This document shows, piece by piece, positions 40,601 to 52,600 of a stretch of DNA of 64,000 nt. The number at the start of each line of letters is the position of its first letter. The first letter of the stretch is position 1. The stretch is from Phoronis australis (taxonomy: Eukaryota > Animalia > Phoronida): NCBI GenBank assembly GCA_002633005.1, contig NMRA01000524.1, positions 239,815-303,814 of the forward strand. The letters run 5' to 3'. Both the position numbers and the translations under genes were made by a program. The notes beneath the pieces are model-generated. The model had not been told where the DNA came from, ran no database searches, and worked only from the letters and a program-made list of their open reading frames with translations.

Positions 40601-43600
40601 ATGCCTTTGGCTTCACGACCTGCCGCGTATCAACGACAAGCGCAGGAAGACAGCTGAATGAACGTGTGAGCTGAGACATAAGTTTGTTTTCAAATATAAT
40701 CCGGATACCTATCGTCGTCAGGCTCCAATGGTCGTCCGCCATCTTCTTTCGCGTGCAGCGCAGAACGCGGGACTTAGCGTTCCAGTCTGGAGTGCTCGTC
40801 TGCACGTTAGGTACTAACCTCTCGGGAGAAACACGCATGGAAGAACTGAGACGAAAATCGGTGCATTTACCGACTGTTTTTTGAGACCACTTAAAAACTT
40901 GTAGATTTTACTAATGCACTTTTTTGTTCATTTTCAGATGATATTTTCGAAATTAAATTTTCTTCAGACGGAACAAAAAACAACCCAAGGATTGTTTATG
41001 CAATGTATCTATTCGTCCCAGCCACTAACCGACACCTGTTAGGCCAAAGGAAGAACGCAGCAGACAAATGCAACATGCTGGGTTCTTAACAGTTTCGGCT
41101 CACGCAATGGTCATCAAAATATTGTCCACTTGTTTTTTATTGCAAAACACAGTACTGAGCTCAACATTTATGTTGAAATTTTTGGTTCAGGAATTTTGGA
41201 TTTGTGTGAAGAAAATTAAAATACTTGAATTGATAGAGAGTGGCCACCAATAAAGTAAAACCTTGACTTTATTTCACTACATTACATACAACATAGCACG
41301 ACATAATTAAAAATAAAAGAAGAGATTGCATGAGCAATAAAACGCAAATGCAACTTGGGTATTTCTTTACTTATTTATGATTACAGAAGCCTGTTTAAAG
41401 GTGAGAAAAAAAATCAAACAATATGATATTTGGTAATTTATTAGAACAACTACATCGAAGTTCAATGATCAACTTCCGCCGACCAAGTCTAAAAGGGTTA
41501 CAGTTCTGTTTTGGCTGACAAGATGTTAACAGAGAACGAAGAAAAACTGAAAAGAAAAAGAAAGACAGCAGAGATAAGTGGTGTTAAGAACAACAAGAGC
41601 AAAAAGTCAAATAAAGAGGACATAAATAGAAAATAAGTAAGGTCTATTTGGAATAAAGCAATAGCGATTCATTTTCCAGAACTGAAATTCTGAACTAATT
41701 TTAATAGATTTAAAAATCGATGAAATACCAGTAAAACAGTTTGCGGTTGAACTACAATTGTTGTAAACCACTTTCCACTATTTTCTTGGCCTTTTTCTGT
41801 GTGGTTTTCTGTTCTTTCAAATGACGGCAGCATATGACGACCATAGGAGTCATTATAAAATGGCTGCAGAAAAGCAATGCACAGTTGAAACAACTCGGTA
41901 TAAGAAAAAGAAAATGTTTGAATCAACGAATACTATATATTTGTGAGAGTTAAATCAAATCCTATTCAGAGCATAACTTTGAATTGGAATAATTGGGTGA
42001 CAGTGAGTACGACAACCTAAAGCCGGTTTTATGCTTAGGCGGACGACCATTGGGTTCCCAAGTATATATATATTCCTAACGGACTCTTCTGAACACAAGG
42101 GAGTTGGGGGGTGAATAGTTCAAGCCAGGTTTGCCCGAAAATCTTATTCAAACGCAACACTGATGTTTGTTGAACACTTATATTGTTTGTATTTTGTAGG
42201 CCTGTTTGGCGTGGCATATGCGAACTCGTTTGGATTCGCGTTAGCTTGCATCGTAAGTGTTCTCATGTACCATGTGGTTATACACGTGGTGTATAGTTTT
42301 AGCTTACAGCGTGGCGCTGTCGACAGTGTCTTATAGCGGGAGGCATTGTCTTCGTGACAAAACGCGTACTACGTCTTTCTTTGCCATAAATAGTACGTGT
42401 TAGTTAGTTAGTTACTGATCGGTTAATCATTTCCTTAGTTGTCTGAAGTTCACTACCTAATACATACATATACAACCACAACTAATGAAATAGTATATCA
42501 AATCTAAACACAGTGAGAAAATAGATAACATGTACTTGAAGATGTGTGATACAAAATGAAAATTATAATGACATGTGAAAATACGGGCATCAACGAGAAC
42601 CAACTTTAAAAAATTGTAACTTTGGTTACGTAGGTGTTAATTTGTTTACCGACAACGACGTTAATTTGCTTTATTTTTTGTAAAATTGGTCTCAAACTTT
42701 TTCTTGATAATATCACTTTTATATTCAGTGTCTGAATCAAAAGTTATTTTGACAGAAGTCGGGTACGCAAGAACTCACGTCTTTCACATGCTAATGTAGA
42801 CCAAGAAACGAGCCGAAGCTTAGAAATAATGTTCAACTAATATTACGTCAAAAGACTGGCGGGAAGTGTACAATTAACCTTACAGGTTGACGATAAAGGT
42901 AATAACTAGTAATTGTTTCTTGACAATAGAATTCATTTATTTCAGGTTATCTCTGGTTCAAGTGCAGCCTTTGGGGAAAAGTGAGCAATGAGCGTTTTCT
43001 TTTCTATTATAATCGAAGTGAGAAAACGGAATCCTTAAAGTTAGAAAAAGACCAGCAATGACGGAGAAAATCGTTAACATATGGTGTAAACGTTTTCGGT
43101 CAGTAATCGTTATAAAAGAGATGGCTGCGCCAGTTGACAAATCTGTTGACGTTTATTTCAAAATGTCTTGTGTGAAAATTTTAACGGTAAGCTTACATGC
43201 TACACTTGATCATGCGCACGCACCTCAAAAATCAAATCTACGAACACAAATCATACGCACGAGCATTCGAATCATACGCATGAACTACCAAAAGATGTGT
43301 TCGTGCGTATGATTCGTTACTCGTGTGCATGATTTTGTGTTCGTATGCATTATTTTTGTGGTTCGTGCGCATAAGTTTTGTTTCGTATGAGTGACTTTTG
43401 TGCTCGTATGCATGTATCGTGGTTCGTTCGAAAGATGTGATGCTCGTGCGTATGATTCCGTGGTACCTCTGTTACTGCCTTGAAAGTGTGGAGAGGTTGA
43501 TAAAGGGTGACGACGATGACTATGACAACGGCAACGATAACGCATGATGACGATGCTCTTGCAGAATATGGACGGTAGACTGATATGGTTGAAAACGCGG

Positions 43601-46600
43601 GACAAGAGTGGTGATGAGATGAAACAATGACGGATAAAGCAACGATGACGACGTTGATGTTAATGATGGTGGAGGTGGTGGCTGGCAAGGACTATGGTGG
43701 GTGACGTTATTAACAATGATGATGGTGATGNGTGGCATATGCGAACTCGTTTGGATTCGCGTTAGCTTGCATCGTAAGTGTTCTCATGTACCATGTGGTT
43801 ATACACGCGGTGTATAGTTTTAGCTTACAGGGTGGCGCTGTCGACAGTGTCTTATAGCGGGAGGCATTATGTCTTCGTGACAAAACGTGTACTACGTCTT
43901 TCTTTACCATAAATAGTACGTGTTAGTTAGTTAGTTACTGGTCGGTTAATCATTTCCTTAGTTGACTGAAGTTCACTACCTAATTTATTTATTTATTTAT
44001 TTATTATTGTGATATTTAAAATGAGGGTGGCCTCTTCAGTGATAGCACTGCTTTCCAAGAGGGCCCTAATACATGCATATACAACCACAACCAATGAAAT
44101 AGTACATCAAATCTACACACAGTGAGAAAATAGATAACATCTACTTGAAGATGTGTGATACAAAATGAAAATTATAATGACATGTGAAAATACGGGCATC
44201 AACGATAACCAACTTTAAAAAATTGTAACTTTGGTTACGTAGGTGTTAATTTGTTTACCGACAACGACGTTAGTTTGCTTTATTTTTTGTAAAATTGGTC
44301 TCAAACTTTTTCTTGATAACATCACTTTTACATTCAGTGTCTGAATCAAAAGTTATTTTGACAGAAGTCGGGTACGCAAGAACTCACGTCTTTCACATGC
44401 TAATGTAGACCAAGGAACGAGCCGAAGCTTAGAAATAATGTCCAACTAATATTACGTCAACAGACTGGCGGGAAGTGTACAATTAACCTTACAGGCTGAC
44501 GATAAAGATAATAACTAGCAATTGTTTCTTGACAATAGAATTCATTTGCTCTTGTTTCAGGTTATCTCTGGTTCAAGTGCAGCTTTTGGGGAAAAGTGAG
44601 TCTTGTTAGCAATGAACGTTTTCTTTTCTATTATAATCGAAGTGAGAAAACGGAATCCTTAAAGTTAGAAAAAAGCAGCAATGACGGAGAAAATCGTTAA
44701 CATATGGTGTAAACGTTTTCAGTTAGTAATCGTAATAAAAGAGATAGCTGCGCCAGTTGACAAATCTGTTGACGTTTATTTCAAAATGTCTTGTGTGAAA
44801 ATTTTAACGGTAGGCTTACATGCTACACTTAATCATGCGCACGAACCTCAAAAATCAAATCTACGAACACAAATCATATGCACGAGCATTCGAATCATAC
44901 GCATGAACTACCAAAAGATAAAGTGTTCGTGCGTATGATTCGATACTCGTGTGTATGATTTTGTGTTCGTATGCATGATTTTTGTGGTTCGTGCGTATAA
45001 GTTTTGTTCGTATGAGTGACTTTTGTGTTCGTATGCATGTATCGTGGTTCGTTCGAAAGATGTGACGCTCGTGCGTATGATTCCGTGGTACATCTGTCAC
45101 TGCCTTGAAAGTGTGGAGAGGTTGATAAAGGGTGACGACGATGACTATGGCAACGGCAACGATAACGCATGATGACGATGCTCTTGCAGAATATGGACGA
45201 TAGACTGATATGGTTGAAAACGCGGGACAAGAGTGGTGATGAGATGAAACAATGACTGATAAAGCAACGATGACGACGTTGATGTTAATGATGGTGGAGG
45301 CGATGGCCGGCAAGGACTATGGTGGGTGACGTTATTAACAACGATGATGGTGATGAGGAAGTTGGTCATGCTGAAAATGTTGTATGATGATGATGATGAC
45401 GATGGTAGTGGTGATGGCGGTGACGATTATGGTGGTGATGACGATCATAAGGAAACAGATAATGTTGAAAACGTTGTGGTGGCGATGATGATGGCGCCTG
45501 CTGATAACGATGATGGAAGTGGTTATGGTGATGATTATGATGATGATGATGGTTATGATGATGATGATGATGACGATGATGATAATGATGATGATTATGA
45601 TGATGGTGGTGATGATGATGATGGTGATGGTGATGATGATGATGCTGGTGCTGATGGTGATGATGATGATGATNGTGGTACTGGCATGGCCGGTCTACTT
45701 GGATCTGGCATTTACATCATTTTTGGTGAGAATATTTCTTTTTCTATCACGAGTTTCACACATGCACAAGCACACCCACACACACACACACACACGCACA
45801 CGCACACACAAACAGACCAACTTCTTCTCCCGCCTTCGATCGCGGTCGCTTAAGTTTTATTGAGGGTTGTTTAAGGTATATGACTGTACAACAGAGTAAC
45901 AATTCTTCGAAAAACATCCCCGTAACGCACAATGGCCTTTGTAGAATGTTTTAATTTAGCTATCCTCCCAATAGACGAATTCGTGAAATAGGGCAAGTTA
46001 TTTACAGTTCTTGGGCCCGTTCCAAAAAACTAACTTAAGTCGATTTTTGACTAAGTCTAAGATTTGTCTCATCTTCCAAACTTTGAAACTTCCACATCCG
46101 GCAAGATAATCAAATTAAGACTCTGATTGGACACGGGGTACTCTTTGTTACATGAACTCCATCAGCTGGACGACATTGGCATTGTCTGTGTCAGAATCGA
46201 ATTTATTAGGACTTGAAAATTGCTTATTGACAACATACTTGGCGTTTGCTCGTTTTGTATGCAAACAATTGAGGTAGCGCATGAATTTGAAACAGCATTA
46301 CCATTAGATTTATCTTTTCAATATATAAAATGATTTGATTAGTTAATAATAACACACAATTGAATAGTCTAGTCCAAAATACCACGGCACCATTCTGATT
46401 CTTATGACGTATTTACCCACAATGCAACACATGTGTCAGTCACTAATTCTTTACAAGCAAATGTACAAGTGTTTGTACCATGGCCTAATTATCTAATGCC
46501 TCACTGTAATGCAGTCAAACGGCATTAGCGTATTGCTGCATTTTGAATTACGATGATGACACCAAGAAATTGGCAAAAAGGCCAGACATCGCGACTGGAT

Positions 46601-49600
46601 GCACACGAATTCTGATTGTCGGATTTCGATTAGTATAGTAAGACCCTTGCAATAGGATAGAACATTTTTTATTGTCAAATCACATTCACCCTTGTTCGTT
46701 CTGTACCCAAATAAAAACAGTTTCTCTCAATGGACTCGTCAGAAACAGCGCAATAACTTCATAGCGATTTTATTAGTCATACATGTAGGAGCCATCGTTC
46801 GTACCATGTCTGAGGGCTGGGATTTCCCTTCCAGTAAGCTCTTGCATTAACATGAAGTCTGTGCGTGAATATATTCTGAATAGTCATACTTGTATGACTT
46901 AAGTTTGAGGCCATAGGCTCGACACCAATGTGATGCGTTCCTTTAGCCGTCGCCTACGGTAGATTCTACTACAGCCAAAACCAGCGAATGAGAGCATGAA
47001 GAGATAACGTGATTTTTGTTTCTTGAGAGGTTTTCTCGTCAATCGATAGATTTAGATCATTTTTTGTTCATTTTTATGTTTTACAGGCTGTACTATAGCA
47101 GATTCAGGCACTAATAAGACGACAACGTTGCATCATTTAACAAGGTAGATAATCCCATGGACCTTAAGTCCAAAAGTCTACCTTTGAATCGTTGATTAAT
47201 TTCGTATTAGCTCCATATGAGACCAGTGTCGTTCGAAACTATTTTTATGCAAGTGTAGGTAAATCGTTTCTCGTAATGTGCATACGTAGTAATACTAGTA
47301 GGGAAAATTGTATAGTACATTCGTCAGNATATGTGGGAACTTTTTAGATTTTGAAAACACTCTAATAAATGAATTAAAAAACACCAAAATAAAATTGCCC
47401 CCCTTAAGTACTCACAAAAACCATTTTCTAGAGGCCCTACAAAATCTGGCCCACCGACTAAAGTGCTTATACCATGGTCTAGTTATCTAATGCCTCACTG
47501 TAATGCAGTCAAACGACATTAGCGTATTGCTGCATTTTGAATTACGATGATGACACCAAGAAATTGGCAAAAAAGCCAGACATCGCGACTGGATGCACAC
47601 GAATTCTGATTGTCGGATTTCGATTAGTATAGTAAGACCCTCGCAATCGGATAGAACATTTTTTATTGTCAAATCACATTCACCCTTGTTCGTTCTGTAC
47701 CCAAATAAAAACAGTTTCTCTCAATGGACTCGTCAGAAACAGCGCAATAACTTCATAGCGACTTTATTAGTCATACATGTACATGTACATGTAGGAGCCA
47801 TTGTTCGTACCATGTCTGAGGGCTGGGATTTCCCTTCCAGTAAACTCTTGCATTAACATGAAGTCTGTGCGTGAATATATTCTGAATAGTCATACTTGTA
47901 TGACTTTAGTTTGAGGCCATAGGCTCGACACCAATGTGATGCGTTCCTTTAGCGGTCGCCTACGGTAGATTCTACTACAGCCAAAACCAGCGAATGAGAG
48001 CATGAAGAGATAACGTGATTTTTGTTTCTTGAGAGGTTTTCTCGTCAATCGATAGATTTAGATCATTTTTTGTTCATTTTTATATTTTACAGGCTGTACT
48101 ATAGCAGATTCAGGAACTAATAAGACGACAACGTTGCATCATTTAACAAGGTAGATAATCCCATGGACCTTAAGACCAAAAGTCTACCGTTGAATCGTTG
48201 ATTAATTTCGTATTAGCTCCATATGAGACCAGTGTCGTTCGAAACTATTTTTATGTAAGTGTAGGTAAATCGTTTCTCGTAATGTGCATACGTAGTAATA
48301 CTAGTAGGGAAAATTGTATAGTACATTCGTCAGTGGGCCCTGGGATACAGCGTACGGCGACCCGAAGATGATATCGCGCGTTTCTTTTTTAACTACATCA
48401 GGATCTCGAGTTCCCGACTTAACTATCTCAAGATCTCGAGGTGCATAAATCTATAACCGTGGTCCGCCCTGGCAACGATATTTGTCGGTCTATAAAACCG
48501 ATCAAATCATCAATGTCTAAATAATTGTTACGACGAGCGATGCCATAATGTTGACAACAAACGCCGAAGGTGCCTAACGCTAATAATGATACCAAAGCGA
48601 TACCTGAGCATGTCTACAGTTTCTTTTTGCGGCAGCTCAAAGTTGAAAAGACCTCTAACAGCTTCATCTCTATCCAAATTGGAATATTCTCGTAGGTACA
48701 AAGGGCCTATTATGTAATTCCGATTTTACACTAGAAAGAGACCTAATTCTATTTTGTTTTTCAGACAGCACTGCAGTTTTAAGCGGGAAAGAGTATCTTT
48801 AAGGTCATACCACTTGCACCAGACACTTAAATCTGAGATATGTCCTTTCCTCAAATCATGTTATCTCAGTCGACTGTTGATCGATGGAGGTTCTAAACAT
48901 AAGCATTGTCCTTGATGTTTTATTGCCATGACGCGACCTGATAGCTCGACTGTGCACTGTGTGGGTCAAGATTGTGAATGGCCGTGATTACTTGTCGTGA
49001 TGAGGACGTATGAGACATCGAAACATGCTGAAGTTGAAAAAATCCCGTCACTTACTTAGCTTCGTTGTTGTTGTTTTTTTGTTTGTTTTTTCTTTCACCC
49101 GGACGGGCCCCTTAACTGCCACGGAGTTGCCGGCCCTCCTGTCCGGACCCTTCTCGACGCACCTGACCATGCAATTTAGTTTGCAACGTGTCTTTCCCGA
49201 ACTATTTCTTGGGATCTCAAGATAATGAGATAATTTAAAACGAAACGCGCGATGTCATCTTCTGGCCACCGCAGATGAGTTTTTTGACCAGGAAATTTAT
49301 TTTGACTTTTTCCACATCATTTATTGGACGGTGTACTTTTCAAATGAAAAAATCCCACGTTCATAATTGTACATTTTTGTGTCAATTTGCTTTCAGATTT
49401 ATTGAAAATGACAAAGTGTTGAAATTTAGAGCTGGTGGAAATTGTGTCGTTATTGATAAAAAGTATTGTCTCAGGAATGGTACAAGTGATATTACAGCAA
49501 TCAAATTGAAAAGTTTGTGCATTGGCCATGCCGCATGCCGTTTTTACGACTTACCTGGGTAACTTAACTGTATTTCGATAGCCAAAATACACTACAGAAC

Positions 49601-52600
49601 TAAAACTTTCTTAAAGGTATGCTTTCCTGCTAACCACACCGGCAGTGTTACTGTACTGGATAGCATATTTCTGCTTGATCAAGAGGCCTCCCCCGGAAAA
49701 TGATCGTTCGCGAAATCATAGCATTGCGTCCGTACAGTCTGGATTTACGGATGAAAGAACCTCTCCGTCACAAGCCCTACTGGACGAACCAGAAACCTCC
49801 ATTTTGCCAACGAGTAGCAGATCACGCCCAGAAGGTGAGCACGTTTTTCTCAGCGTCTCCAATATCCCCAGCATTATAAATCTGCAGAGTCCTTGGATGG
49901 TCGTGTACGACTTTCGTATACGTCCTTCGTTTACTACTGTTGCGTCGTGCGATTTTTTGTCGTACCATGCTGCTCATAAAATGACGGCAGGGATGTCCTG
50001 CAATCATGATTGGTATTGGTGAATTCGCCGTGGTGTTTGTCGTCCGACTATGGTACGACATTGAAACAAGGTTTCGGAAGGCAAATTGCACGATTGCGTA
50101 GAAGCCTCCCACGACTGTGAAAAGACAATACGTCGCCGTCGTTAGGTGCTTGCAGTAAGTGTCGTATGACAGTTGAGATATTCCTATGCGAGAACGGTTT
50201 CCATGCAGTCCTGCGATATACGTCATTAATAACGTTAATACAGAAACAGTTGAACCGGCAGCATAATACCGAAAGTCATGCACATGTCTTAAAATACTTT
50301 GTTGTCATAACTTGCGACAGTAGCAAGACAGTTGTACCATGGTGAAATGCTCTTACGACTGTCGTACGTCTAAAGCAAGACAACCATTAGAAGACGATTG
50401 AATGATATTACTACCAAATTTTGAGACCTTCTAATGACCGAATTGTCCCACGACAAACGTTTGTACCACATTCGTTCCACATTGCACAACTGTCCTGAGG
50501 TGCAATAACGTTTGAATAAGTTTGAGCACATTCAAAAGTTCACAACGACGACAGTTATTGACGTATTATGGCGAAATGTCGTATGGCAGTCTTACTACCT
50601 TTGAATGATTTTCTGTGCTTTCGGTGGTAGACCGCGACCTGAAAATTACGGTAGTCTAACTAATATTTTTGACATATTGTTTTCATATTTGACAGAAATA
50701 TTTACCACCAAACACCAGTTTGAACAAAATGCTAGTTACAATCTTGTAACTGTCAGTACGCGAAACATATCGTTGTCACTTGCCGGTAGGAGGTTGAAAC
50801 AACACAAATCGATTTGAAAACAATTATAAGTATATTGATTAAATATTTAAATTTCTTCCAAACTACTTAAAAGTTCACAAAGAAAATTAATCTAATAAGT
50901 CCGTGATCGCGTTTTTCCTTTTGCTGACACCGCCCTTATCTCCAGTGTTACGTTTCTCATGTGTGATGTGTTTCCTTTCCCTTGATCTTGCGATCCAATG
51001 TTCCAAGCAGCACGTGACGAAATGCTTCGGACAGTCATGTAGTTCAATGCGTCGAACATTAGATATATTGATATGAATTCAGTCCATCGAATTCCAGATA
51101 CGATGTAGGCTATCCGATTGAAATCCTGTCCATCGAATTTCTAGTATTTGTGATATTTCTGTAGGAAGCCAGTAGCATATTACCAAGAAATATCTGCGAT
51201 ATCACTGTACCAAGACAGTAGCATCTCTTTAAGAAATATTTATTCCAAAGTAGCTAACACAATATTTATACTGAACAAAAAAGGTGGTCGAGTTTGTTTA
51301 AAACATAAAACCCACAAACTTCCTCAAAATGCTACTTACAATAACACAGAGTAAAATCTGCAGGGTTTCAAAAATGAACCCATGTCATCGTCAAATAGGG
51401 TGTTGGACAGTTAAAAGCTAAGTAATTTCTGATGAATAATAACTAGATTATTATTATTGTCTGAAATGTCTCATCCCAAAGTTGACCAGTTTCGAAGTAT
51501 TAAAATTTACACAACTCTGCTATCATCGCAAAAACAAAGTGGCTAATATAAACATCTAAGACATGCAAGGCCAAAGACATGTGTGCTGATTCATTTCCAA
51601 TGCACTCATAAGAGGCCACAAATTTCGGTAAACAGTCAATAAATTTAATTAATTACACAACGGCCACTATAGAATTTTATTAATACTTCTCAAACAGTTT
51701 TTAATAATTCGCATGCACATAGTTAACCCAAATGATATAAGTGCATCATAATCTAAATGATATAAATGTGGAATAAACGACTCGTTCATTCTACATAATA
51801 TCTCCCTGTAACGATGGCCCACCTCATAATCCTCTGATTAGCAAAACTGGCTTTATGCAAATACGGCATTTATTGATGGTCTGCCTGCAACACAAATTCT
51901 TTCCCTGACTGCACTTGGAGAGCAAATTTTCTGATATGCAAAACTGGTTGAATACACGACACTGGGTCCCACTTTTTCGGAACTTTATATGTCTGAAGTG
52001 GAAAAAGGGCTATCAATGTGATTGGTGGCATTCCTATCTATGTACGATGTGTGGATGATATTTTTGTTTATTGTGCCTTTCATGACTTGTTACCAGCACG
52101 TGGTGAACTTGAGCGTGACTGAAGTTTACCCACGAGCTTCGTGTAAATGACAAAATTCCGTTTTTGGACTTGCTTGTGAACCATTCTCCATACGAATTTT
52201 CTTCATCAGTTTATCACAAGCCTACTGATAAAGGTGTCTGGCTTCACGCCAAAATCGAGTGCCGTGAGCGGTCTAAGGTCGCCGTTGTGGTCAACTTCCT
52301 AAAGAGGGAGTATTTGATGTCGTCTATGTTCAATCAAGAGGTAGATCGTATAAGACAAACGCTGGTGAATAATGGCTTCACCAATGCTTTTGTAGACAGC
52401 CCTGTTAATTGATTCATGTCCAGAATCAATTGTGAATCCACTGCCTAGCTGTCGCACCCGTGTGACCAAAACGGTGTTTTACAAAAAATGTTATGTCAAT
52501 AATTATCACAAACACGCCATTACGAAAATCATTAGGGATAATGTTAAAGTTTGTAAGCCCGATGATTACCTCTATGTCATTATTTATAATCGGAATACAT

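Larger units (their letters stand above)
42211..45355. repeat. ~1.5-kb tandem duplication joined at N 43731 (probable uncollapsed haplotypes)
   Basis: 42211-43730 vs 43732-~45355, with scattered substitutions and indels. Confidence 0.9.

Noticed and set aside
43058-45369. Pairs of near-identical ORFs suggesting a small gene family
   Set aside because: They come from the duplicated intron and low-complexity repeats; no recognisable domain.
45326-45863. Poly-Asp/Gly (175 aa) and poly-Met ORFs resembling an acidic biomineralisation protein
   Set aside because: They are translations of an intronic (GAT)n repeat read through an N into battenin exon 7.
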